Shown here piece after piece: positions 52,731 to 64,000 of a DNA stretch of 64,000 bases (position 1 is the first letter of the stretch; the number at the start of each line of letters is the position of its first letter). The stretch spans positions 51,276,001 to 51,340,000 of the forward strand of contig CM052817.1 of assembly GCA_028534125.1 (NCBI GenBank), read 5' to 3'. The notes under the pieces were generated by a model, which was not told the origin of the DNA, made no database searches, and saw only the letters and a program-made list of their open reading frames with translations. The DNA comes from Lama glama (taxonomy: Eukaryota). A program made the position numbers and the translations under genes.

Positions 52731-54429
52731 GGCAAAGCAAATTCAAAAAAATAGATAAACAGATAAAGCTTCTACATTTCTTAAGGTGTAAAAATGTTGT
52801 ACAGTTACAGTAACTAGCAGAGCTGGAAGGCAAAAATAAAAGCATTTTTCATACCTCAGAAGCCCCAGGAAGAAGTAAATCTCATAGATTAATGCTAAGT
52901 TTAAATCCAGGTGTTCAGGGATCTTTGCATTGTTTTGTTTTTTGTTTTGCTTTGGTTTTTTTCCATTTTTTTTTTTATAAATCAACTATATTTTATTCAT
53001 TCATTCATTCATTCATTCGAGTTACAGTCTTTTTACAATGTTGTAACTATAATTTTAAAAAAGAAACAGCACAAAGATTCCCTGAAGATGAACCTAAGAG
53101 CATAACATCAGAACCACCCACACTCTACACTTCACACTCACCAAGCTTTTGAAACTTGAAATGTCCAAAAGCAATGACATATAGTGGGAAATAAGTTTGG
53201 CAAATTCTAGCTTCTGAGTCCTAGCTTCCTGGCTTGAGAAGTAAAAATAGGAGTTCACACTATGTTTATGTATCTTATATATTCATCAGCCAAAGTCAGA
53301 GAATCTTTGCATTGTTGATTGTTCTGAGAATAGTGCCCAATACACAACAGACTCCGAGATATTTTTGGGAAAAGAAGAAAGGAGGGAAGGAAGAAAGGAA
53401 TGGGGAAATCTTACTTATATATATGTGTGTGTGTGTGTGTGTATCAGAAGTCCATTTTATAGATCATTAACTATTTTCGGCAGTTTAAAAAAAAACAATC
53501 TGAAGAACCAGTCAAAAAAAAATCATGCTAAAATGTAAGTAAAAAATTATAGACTGATAATTAATTAAATATTTAAAAAGCTTAATTTAAAATTTTATCT
53601 CTGTATGTAATGAATCCAACTACTGCCAAATGTCAATGTTTTATTTTTCCCAATTGATAGGAATGTTGCTTACATGCTATAATTAACCTCTGAAGTTATT
53701 TCTTAAGATACCTAACCACAGAGAAATAGGTACATATTTTAAAAATTTTTTTAAATCTGATAAGAGTAATTACTATCCCCATTATATCAAAAAGGCTACG
53801 GTAGTTAGTAAAATAACTTCTTTGTGACTACAATAAATGTCTGGGCATTTCCAATGGTAGACTTCTAATCAGTAGTCTCTATTTTATTTGGTAATTTTAT
53901 ATCTTACCAATCTTAAAGTATATGTATTTTGATAAGAAAAGTTTCATTCTTAAAAATACAATATAAGGCACAAGCTTGTGGGTGTAACTATGAAAGGAAT
54001 TGGGTGCTTCAAGATTGCAGAGTGAGTGATCTCATTCCTCAAAAAGGGTCAACAGACATTGGGCTTTATGTCCCCATGTATTATGAGATAGTAATAGTTA
54101 CATAAATTCACCAGATGATGAGACCTTCATATATTCAAGGACTGTATAGTAAGACTCTAGTAAAATTCTAGTCTCAAAATCCATTTCTATACTCATAAAG
54201 TATACTGGGAAAGAGAATATCTCACCAAATCTGATACTCCAATCATCCCACTTTTTACTTCAAGTTTTCTGGCATAATAAATAACAAAAACATTAAGGAT
54301 TATACATTGAAAAAATGTTTATCTCCTTTCCAACTATGATAGGTAAGGCATTTGTAAAGTTTTAATATTTAAATTTTGAACATACTGCCTTGAAGAATGC
54401 ACTGAAAGACAATCCTCATCAACCATGTA

Positions 54430-54590
54430 TTTGACCAGACACATTACTTAACTTCAGTTTCTTCATTTTTGTGATTGAGTTAATAACAGGACCCACCTTA
54501 AAAATTTCTTTTTAATGAGAACTACATAGTTAATATTCGTGAAGTATTTGGAAAACTGTCAGGCACATAGTCAAGTCTAAATTAGTGTGT
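54430..54590 (+). mobile_element. MIR fragment
   Basis: 'ttacttaacttcagtttcttcatttttg..aataacaggacccacct..gtcaggcacatagt'. Confidence 0.6.
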
Positions 54591-56439
54591 GCCAAATTTA
54601 AAAGGTGAGAGGGAACAATGGGTATGTTATCAACTGCTCCAGCAAAGGGTGTTTACCTTAAATTTTTAAGAAATATATCAAAAAGTTGAAACAAAGTAAC
54701 ATTTTTAAGGCTACAACCAATGATCACTTTTGAAGGTTGGTGATTATTCAGTAGGAATAAGAGCTAAAAATTATAACCTTCCATTCCATACGACTCTGTA
54801 TTAGATTGACAAATTAGCCAGTAGTCTCCTGACACTAACATCTGAAGTGGTACCATTTGAATAAAAATTTTTCTTCATCTAGTCTTCTTGGAAAGTACAA
54901 ATATAAGTAAGACTGGCATTGTGAATTATTAGTTCTTAACATGAAGGAGTTTACCTGATCAGTTTTTTTCATGAAATGTAGGAAATTACCATTTGTAAGA
55001 TATAGGTTACAGAAAAATAGAGATAATGGTGCTAAATGAAAAGCCTGAAATTGCAAAAAAAAAAATTACTCTTTCAAGGATTTGTTTCATATTTCAAAAT
55101 GGCTATACAGGCAAACTGGCAAGAATGAGAAGCAATTTTCCAAAGTCTGTGATCTACTGTTTTCATTTCTCTGGGAAAGGTCCATGAAAAACATTGAGAG
55201 AAATGCTTGAGTAGGAGCTGATGTCTTAAAAAGAGTGCTTCATACTTATCGTTGGCCAACTTAGGCTTCTGGCAGCAATAAGCTGGATAACATAAATTTC
55301 TATGTCTTTATAAGTCAATCTCTACATTATAATATTTTCTGTATTGAACAACTTCATAGAACACTGATTTGTGCTAAAAAAGGAATGTTGGTAAAATTGA
55401 TGCATTAATTGATTATGATGTGTAGAATAAGAATATTAGCAACTAAATAAACATGAGCCTTTGAACAAATTAGAATTTCTTGTACGCTTAGTTTCCTAAT
55501 ACATAAAATGGAAGAACTGAAATAAAATGTCCATGTGAGTTTTGAAATATCTCCATCCTATGAGTGATCTTGTTTTTAGCCTTTAAAGCATGGTCCACAC
55601 TGGCTTTAGAGATGGTCTAAACGGTCAGGCTTTTCTTTCAAAAACAAGAGGTCACTATCAGTGACATCAACAAAAATTGCCTGTGTCCTTTAAGCCTTCA
55701 TTGCTCAAATATCATATCTTTTGAATTATTCCAAGAACAGAAGGAACAGTTTGACGTGAACAAGAGGGTAAACGCTAGTGCCATAATTTTCAGATGCCTG
55801 TCACAAAAATTGGAGACACAGTTTATTGCAATCAAGGATGATTTCTATAAAGGAATAATAAAGAGAAAACCTGTCACCAAAAGTGGTTTTGAATAAAGGA
55901 GAAATCCAGAAGAAATAAAGTATTATTATTTTGAAATCTGACATCTTTTTACATCCTGAAATTCCAGTGTGTATTGACTGACTTTGTAGTTTACTCTGTT
56001 CCACATAGGCAGAAAAATGAAAGCTCTAATGTCAAGGACTAAAGAGAAGTATACGTAACACTGTCACATCATCATCATCAATCATGTTGTTAAAATCCTA
56101 TAGGGTGTATAACACTGTGCTATGAATAATGAGTTCTCTTCTCCCCAGTTTAGCTTAGAATGTATTTCCAGACTGTTTCAGAGGAAGGAAAACTTTCCAT
56201 CTCATCTATCTCCACTCCTGAGACTCTATCACTTACAATCATGGGGAATATAGCCTAAAAGTGACCTATTATTCCTGAGAAAGGTAAACACAGAAGTACA
56301 TTTTTTCCTTCCCTTGGGTATCTTTTTATTTTGTAATATATGATTTCCCCCTCCCTGTTTTTTATATACATAAAACTGATACAAATTAAAACTACATTTA
56401 CAAAGAATGTCATCTCTCTCATATATATGCAGTCCTAAA

Positions 56440-58220
56440 ACTAACTGACAAATTTAAAAAGTTAGGTATAAAAACACAATCAAAGCAATAGTCAAAGAGA
56501 TAACAGACCAATTTGTAGAATTGGTGAGAGGTATGATTTCTTATAGGCAAGTTGTAATATCAAGCAGGATAAATACAAAGAAATTCATAGCTAGATATAA
56601 AGTAGTAAAACTGAAAAAAGTAACTAAAATACATGAAAAGTATCAGATATAAAAGATAGATTGTTTACAAATAAAAATATTTAGACTGTCATTCAACCTC
56701 TTAATGCAAAAATGGAAGCCAGAAATCAGTGGAATGTCTTTGAAGTCCCTGAGAAAATAACTATAAATCTTGAATTGTATACTAGTGAAGTCATATTTCA
56801 AAAATAGTGAATAAATTAAAAATATTTCAAACATAGTATGTATTTACTACCAACAAATTCATGAAAAGAGTACATTTCCTAAAGATGGTTTGCTATGCAA
56901 GAAAAAATAGTAAGCAAATGAAATAGTAAACTTTCTTTTCAGGGAATATAAATACACAAAAATTACAATAGCAACAATAAAAACCTCTAACTTTTGGACT
57001 CAGGAAAAGATAGACACAAAAAACTACAAAATAATAGCAATAAACTAAGAAGAGTGTAAAGCATTTAGAGATAAAATTCTAAGATCTTTGTATTGTTCGT
57101 GGAAAACAAGATATGATTGAGAAAGACCCATTCTGCCTAAGATGTAGATTGCTAGAAATAGCTACAGTCTAAACCTAACAATAATAAAAAGCTCTCTGAA
57201 GACAACAGAGGGCTGGGGTCACAAGACCAAGTAGTCCAAAATCTAAGATCCTCCAAGAAGAGACAGGGCCTACATCCTGGCTGACCTGTGGCACTATATA
57301 GGAAAAAAACAGAAATTATGTAAGAGGATGAAAAGAAACCAGCTAATTTTTCTTTTTTTTTTTTGAACATATTGCTAGAGGCTACATGTGGGCTAGAATG
57401 AGAACATAGAAAAATATATAAATATAGAAATAGAGGACCATAGACATAAAAAGAGTTAATACTCATTTGCAAGCTCTTTTCCATAAACTTCTACCAAGGT
57501 CATGAAAGAGACTGAATACAGGGAGAAGACTGAAGAAGGCGTCCCTTGGTGATGCCGTTCTAGAGGATGGATGGAGCCACTGACTAAAGGAAAGGATGAG
57601 CCTCTGCCCAGAGTCATCACTCCTATAGAACAAAAGATTTCTCATGCTGGGGAGGGGCAGCAAACATTATTGTTCCTGAGGTACAGATGAAGACAGAGGA
57701 CAGTAGAGCGAGATTTTTTTTAAGTACTGAAAAAAATAAGAAACTATCAGCAAAAATATCTTTCAAAATTTAAGATGATGAAATAAGGATTTTCTTGAGA
57801 CAAAGAAAATCTGAGAGAAACCATTTCCAGTACAATAAATCTTAAAGACTCTTGTTTAGGAAAAAGAAACATAATACCGAACAGAAGCATAGATTTACGA
57901 AAAGAAATAAAGATCTCTGTAAATGGTGAAAATAGAGGAAAATATTTTTAAAACATATTTCTTATTTTAATTACTCTAAAACTAGTGTATAAAGCAAAAA
58001 TATTAACAATATATTTTGGTATGTAAAACAAATGTAACAGTAAAACGTGACAACAATAAAACAAAATATGAGAGAGAGGAACTGAAAAGTGTAAGGTTGC
58101 AAGTTTCCTATAGTAGGCATAAAGAAGTATAATATTATTTGAAGGTGGGACCTGATTAATAAAAGCTTAAACCACAGGGAATACAGGTATAAATAATAAT
58201 TCATAGATGGAGATAAAATG
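56440..58220 (+). mobile_element. Ancient L1 5'/ORF1-region remnants (probably more than one piece)
   Basis: 'aatggaagccagaaatcagtggaatgtctttgaagtccctgagaaaa' and 'cagcaaaaatatctttcaaaa..gaaataagga' resemble old ORF1 C-termini; A-rich; heavily decayed. Confidence 0.5.
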
Positions 58221-58229
58221 AAATATACT

Positions 58230-59235
58230 GTTAAAGTTCATATAGCTTGTTCTAAGTCTTGATATCTGGTAATTTAAGTCCACCCAATTTGTTCTTCAAG
58301 ATTTTCTGAGCTAGTCATTGTCCTCTGTAACAACATATGAATTTTAGGACAACCCTATCAATTTTAATAAAAAAACTGTTAGTATGTTGATTGGAATTAC
58401 ATCACATATTCAAAAAATTTGGGCAGAACTGACGTAGTTATGGTATCTAGTATTTTAGTTCAAAAATCTGATATAATGCTCATTTAGGTTTGTCTTGAAA
58501 CTGTCTCTATATTGATTTGTATTTATATATGTGAATATACAAATTAATTTTTAGTTTTATTCTTGAGTACTTAAATTTTGTGATTTTTAAGTTGTACATT
58601 TTTATGAATTTCATATTCTACTCTTTTTTACAGGTAAATACCATAGATTTATTTCTAGAAAACTTACTAATTCACTTAATTACAGTAGTTAATCAGTGTT
58701 TTCTTTTGGGCTTACTGCATTAAAAAGTCATGTCAATCATGAACAATGACCTATTACTTCTCCCTTTCTGATATGTACACCATTTATTTGTTTATTTTAC
58801 CTTATTGTACGGCTGGAAATGATGATCAAATGTTAAATATACGTGTTGATAGCAAAAATCCACAGTCAAAAGAAAAGCCCATTTCCAAGGAAAATCCTTC
58901 AACTCATGATGTTTGCTGTAGTATTTGTTTTCCTCTTGTCACTGTTGTTAGTTATCCTTTATGAGGTTAAGGAAGTTCTCACCTATTCCTGCTTTATTAA
59001 TATTTTTATTATAAAGTGTTAACTTCTATTAATTTATTTTCTGCATCTATTAAAATAGTCCTATAACTTTTTGCTATTATTTTGTTAAAATGGTAAATTA
59101 TCTTGACCACTGTCTAACAAAAGGTAATTTTACATTCTTGATTAGGAGTGGTAATATTTGTTATAGGATTTTTGCATCAAGGTTCATGGAAGTTATTGGC
59201 CTTCATTTTCTCTTCTTTGTAATAACTTTGATAGT
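58230..59235 (-). mobile_element. Ancient L1 (L1ME-like) ORF2 remnant
   Basis: 'ttgttcttcaagattttct..gaattttagga..gattggaattacat..tttgggcagaactgac..aggttaaggaagttctc..ggatttttgcatcaaggttcatg'. Confidence 0.65.
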
Positions 59236-59244
59236 TGAGGGTCA

Positions 59245-59415
59245 GAGATACATGTCTCTATATGGTATAGCACAGGGAAAAATATACAAGATCTTGTAGT
59301 AGCTCATGGTGAAAAAAGAATATGAATATGAACATGAATATATGTGACTGAAAAGTTGTGCTGTACACAAGAAATTGACACAACATTGTAAACTGACTAT
59401 AAGTTTTAAAAAATG
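59245..59415 (+). mobile_element. Very short L1 3'UTR tail
   Basis: 'tatagcacagggaaaaatatacaagatcttgtagtagctc..gctgtacacaagaaattgacacaacattgtaaactgactat' matches the 3' end of the L1 at 3525-3700. Confidence 0.85.
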
Positions 59416-59820
59416 TGTCTCAAAAAGTGAGTTAAGAATTATTCATCCAATAAGACATTTGGCCAGGATAAGCAGAAAAAGAAGAAATAAGGTAAAAGGA
59501 ATGCATTTTTTTTAACTTAGGAAGTTTACTTTCTCTAAAAGACTAAGTTGTCTTAATATTGATAAAATTTAAGTTAATGAAGATAAATTTTGCATATTTT
59601 GTATTACTGAAACTGTGTATTATTGGTCAATTTATTTTAAGATGTGCATTGTACCATCAGGCAAATCTGGCTATACCTATGCATAATTTGAGAAGGGAAC
59701 TGGGCCACAGTGTACATTCTTGGCAAAAATATTTAATGTGTCCCTGGGGTATACTTAAATTTAGTAATGTCCTGATAAATTTTAGATGTTTATAGGGCAA
59801 CATCTACAAGAAATCATATA

Positions 59821-60109
59821 CAGGCATAACTTGGAGATATGGTGAATTTAGTTCCAGACCACTGCAATAAAGTGAATGCAGCAATAAAGCTGTTTCCTAG
59901 CGAAAATATAACTTGTGTTTATATTATACTATAGTCTATTAAGTATGCAATAACAGTCTAAATTTTTTTAATTAATTTTAAAAATATTTTATTCCTAAAA
60001 ATTGTTAACCTTCATCTGACAATGCAAGATAATCAAAACCCTTTAATTTATAAAAAATATAATATCTGTAAAGTGCAATAAAGCAAATAATAATAAAATG
60101 ATGTGCCTG
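59821..60109 (-). mobile_element. Internally deleted Tigger1 derivative (TcMar-Tigger MITE, 289 bp)
   Basis: Termini CAGGCATA.. / ..TGTGCCTG flanked by TA at 59819-59820 and 60110-60111; 'gttccagaccactgcaataaagtgaat' and 'tatagtctattaagtatgcaata' match Tigger1 ends. Confidence 0.9.
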
Positions 60110-62737
60110 TACAATCTTGGGGTGTTGAGCTGCCCATCCTATTAATACTATGTTGAAACATAGGAACGGTACAAAGGATTAGTGTTGTGAAGATGTGGGC
60201 AAAAGATTTCTGAGGATGTGCTATCCTGTCTCAAGGGAAAGCTATGCTTTTGTGCTAAGTGCAGAGTTTGAAGCAAAAAGGAAGAAATTCCATGTAGAAG
60301 AGTTTGAGTGAAGTATTCTACCCTCAAGGAAGAATGCAAGTCCTTTCCCTTCCTCTCCACTTACAAAGAAAGAATTGTCATATGGATCACAGCATGAGGG
60401 TTGTTTTTCATTACTAGATCTGGGCTCCTCAAAGAGAGCAGTATGTTTTTGGCTTGACTTTGGTGGTGTTTTGCAATGAGATAGTTCTTTGCAATGTTTT
60501 GTGTTGCTATTCTTTTAGGTTCTTTTCCTAGTGAGGCTGTGTAGTCTGATAGCCTGGTGCTTCCTCTTTTTCCTTTCAAACATTGAATGTCCAAGTGGAA
60601 ATGTAAGTTATAAAGATGAGAACTCAAGGAAAATATTATTTAAGTTTAGTTTTATATCAGTCTTGTCCTAAGGGCCAATAATATTCCTCATGGTTTAATC
60701 AAATCTCAGTGAGAATTACGAGATAATGGAAATACATAGTGATTTGGGGCCGAAGCTCCAGTAAGTAATCAGCAAAAATTTTAATTCAGTGGTAGAAATA
60801 CACATCAAGTGTCCAGCAGGTTGGCTGGTAGTCTTTTGGGTATCTAAGACCCAGGAATACTGTTGAAATATTTTTCTATCAAACACATAGCTAAAAACTT
60901 TATTTATTTAATTATAAACTACCATACAACATATCAAATATCACAAAAAAGTTAGAAACAAAATGATGCATGAAATTCAAGAAGAAGAGAGTAAAATAAG
61001 TAACAAAAATTAAAAGGAAAGTGTGGTTAAGAAGTCTGAGCCACATGAGGACATAGCCCCATTCACCAGCCCTATGCCACAAAGCCAGTCATGTAGTGAC
61101 CCAGACTCACATTCTACCAGATCCACAACAGCCACACAGCACTAAGCCATGCAGCCAACCTATGGGGAGTCTACTTGCCCTACTAAGGGCCTACAGCCAC
61201 AGTACAAAGCAGGTTCTCACAGCCACCCAGGCCTGTGACCAGCCCCACTTATCAGCACACCCACAGTAGTTGGCCCACCACAGGAGAAGGGCACACACAG
61301 CTCACAAAGGGGCACCTCTAGAACATACGGCTCTGGGGACCAAATGGGAGCATGTTGTTGGACTACATAAGACATCTCCTAAATAAGGCCACATCTTCAA
61401 GACCAGGAAATGCAAGTGACATACCTAATGTGAACAAATAAGCCCAGAGAATTAAGCAAAAGGAGGAGACCAAGGAATAAGTTTCAAATGAAGAAGCAAG
61501 CTGGAACCACAGAAAATAACAACTAGTGAAAATAAGCAATCTACTCAATAAACAGTTCAAGCTAATGATCATAAAGGTACCCAATGAACACAGAAGAATA
61601 GATGATAATTTCAACAAAGAGTCAGAAAATACAAAGAATAAACAAACAGAGCTGAATTAATTCAATAACTGAAATAAAAAAAAAAATACACCAGAAGGAA
61701 TCAGCAGATGAGATGAAACAGAGAAATGTATCAGTGATTTCTCTGAGACAACATCAAGCACATTAACACTTGCATTTCAGGGGTTTCAGAGAAAAGAAAG
61801 AGAAAGAGGTAGAGGATTTATATGAAGAAACAACAGCTGAAAACTTCCAAAACCTGGAAAAGGAAAATAGATCTGGCTTTAGAAAGCACAGAGTACCAAA
61901 CAAGATAATGCAAAAAGTTCCATACAAAGATACATGATAATTAAAAATGGCAAAAAATAAAAGATGATGAAAGAAGCTTAAAAGCAACTAGTTACTTACC
62001 AAGCAACTCCCATAAGACAATCAGATCAGGTGACTTTTCAGCAAAAACTATGCAGGCCAGAAAGTAGTGGCACAATGTATTCAATGTGATGAAAGGAAAA
62101 AAATATACAACCAAGAATATTCTACCTGTCAAAGCCATCATTCACATTTGAAGGAGAGATAAAGAGTTTCACAGACAAGCAAAAATGCAAAGAAAGAACT
62201 CAGCACCACTATGCTAGCTTTACAAGATATGTTAAAGGAACTTCACTAAACGGAAAATAAAGGGCCACAAACAGAATTATGAAAAGTATGAAAGGAAAAA
62301 TCTCATCGGTAAAGGCAAATATACAGTGAAGGTAGAATATCAACCACTTATGAAACTAGTAGGAAGGTTGAAAAACATAAGGAATAAAATTATCTCTATC
62401 CATGATAAGTAGTTAAGGGATGAACAAAACAAAAACATGTAAAATATGTCAAAAACATTAAACATCTGGAAGGGAGTGAAAATGCAGGGTTGTTAGAATA
62501 TGTTCAAACTTAAAAGATCATCAAATTAAAATAATCACATATAAATACAGGTTGTTATATATGAACCTAACGGTAACCACAAACCAAACACTTACAATAG
62601 GTACACACACAAAAAAGAGAAAGGAATCCAAGTATAACACCACAGATAGTCATCAAATCACAAGGAAAGATGGCAAAGAGAAAAGGAACAAAAAAACAAA
62701 AAAGAACTACAAAAACAAACAGAAAACAATGAACAAG

Positions 62738-64000
62738 ATGGCAATCAGTACATACCTATTAATCAGCACCTTAAATATAAATGGACTAAATGCTTCAATC
62801 AAAAGACACAGAGTGGCTGAATGGATACAAAAATCAAGGCCCATATATATGCTGCCTATAAGAGACTCACTTCAGATCTAAAGACACACACAGACTGAAA
62901 GGGAGGGGAGGAAAAAACGTATTCCAGGTAAATATACACAAAAAAGAAAGCTAGGTAGCAATACTTAAACTCGCAAAATACACTTCAAAACAAAGACCAT
63001 GATAAGAGACATAGAAGGAAATTACATAATGATAAAGGGATCAATCTAACAAGAAGATATAACAATTTTTAAGTATCGATGTACCCAAAATAGAAGCAAC
63101 TAAATATGTAAACCAAATATTAGCAACAATAAAGGGGAAATTAACAGTAATGCAATAATAGTAGGAGATTTTAACAGCCTATTTACATTAATGGACAGAT
63201 AATACAGACAGCAAATCAGAAAAGGAAGCAACCACATTAAACACCACATTGGTTCAAACAGATATATACAATACATTTCATCCAAAATCAGTGGCATGCA
63301 CATTCTTTTCAAGTGCACATGAAACACTTTCCAGAGTAAATCACATGCTAGGCCACAAAGCAAGAAGATGGGAAATTAAACTTAAGAAAATTGAAATTTA
63401 CCAAGCACATACACACACACACACGCACACGAACATGCACACACACACACACACACACAATTACAGGCCAATATCACTGATGAACATAGATACAAAAATT
63501 CTCAAAAAACAATAGCAAATCAAATTCAGAAATACATTAAAAAGAACGTATACAATGATCAAGCAGGATTTATTCCAGGGATGCAAGGATCGCTCAGTAT
63601 GTACAAATTAATCAATGTGATACAACATATTAACAAATTAAAGAACAAAAATTATATGATCAACTTAATAGATGAAGGAAAAGCAATTAACCAAATTCAA
63701 CATATAATCACAATAAAAACTCTCAAAAAAGTGGATATAGAGGGAACATAACTTAATATGATAAAGACCGTATATGACAAAACTACAGCCAATATCATAT
63801 TCAACAGTGAATACCTGAAAGTATCTCCTCTAAGACAAGTAACAAGACAAAGATGCCCACTCTTGCCATTTTTATTAAACATAGTATTGGAAGTTCCACC
63901 CACAGCAGACAAGAAAAAGAAATAAAAGGAATCAAAATTGGAAAGAAAGAAGTAAAACTGTCACTGTTTATAGATGACATGATACTATATATAGTATCCT
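62738..64000 (+). pseudogene. L1 ORF2p remnant (EN joined to RT by an internal deletion)
   Basis: EN motifs to ~63405, CA tract, then RT from NYRPISLMNID; frameshifts and stops. Confidence 0.9.
63406..63459. repeat. Imperfect (CA)n microsatellite
   Basis: Directly visible, at the L1 ORF2 deletion junction. Confidence 0.95.

Larger units (their letters stand above)
61040..64000 (+). mobile_element. Older LINE-1 (partial 5'UTR, ORF1 ~61440-62250, ORF2 from 62738) with internal deletions, running off the window
   Basis: ORF1-like 'gctgaaaacttccaaaacctgg..gcaggccagaaag..caagaatattctacc'; ORF2 [56 protein letters not shown]. Confidence 0.93.

Noticed and set aside
2388..63912. ORF-track entries as host protein-coding genes
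   Set aside because: All are short (144 aa or less) and are L1 fragments, antisense frames of repeats, or low-complexity chance ORFs. None resembles a host protein I recognise or forms a spliced chain.
1..64000. CRISPR array, tRNA/rRNA/snRNA genes, CpG island, processed pseudogene or non-retroviral viral insert
   Set aside because: No regularly spaced repeats, structured-RNA signatures, CpG-rich tract or non-L1 coding remnant were visible. A BLASTX or Infernal search would be needed to exclude very decayed examples.

Overview
AT-rich, CpG-poor mammalian non-coding DNA (intergenic or deep intronic). I can support no host protein-coding exon, RNA gene or prokaryotic-type system. Every recognisable ORF in the track is a broken piece of LINE-1 ORF1/ORF2; the rest look like chance ORFs. 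The window holds lineage-specific L1s: a 5'-truncated copy at 3.5-4.9 kb, a 5'-inverted copy at 9.9-11.3 kb, a near full-length but 3'-truncated copy at 36.2-42.1 kb, an internally deleted copy running off the right end, and several short 3' tails. These lie over ancient eutherian repeats (L2, MIR, L1M, solo LTRs, MER53, MER102-like, Tigger1 derivative). The L1 3'UTR style and the lack of Alu, B1/B2, Bov-A/BovB, PRE1 or SINEC suggest a cetartiodactyl, possibly a camelid (inference). I found no convincing new biological system. The most notable observation is a 57-bp piece of the L1 5'UTR (36898-36954) copied at 55/57 identity into an ancient L2 3.47 kb upstream (33427-33483). Also notable are several L1 rearrangement junctions and a few non-repetitive motif clusters that may be enhancers. 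Repeat family names come from recalled consensus sequences, and boundaries of old repeats are approximate.
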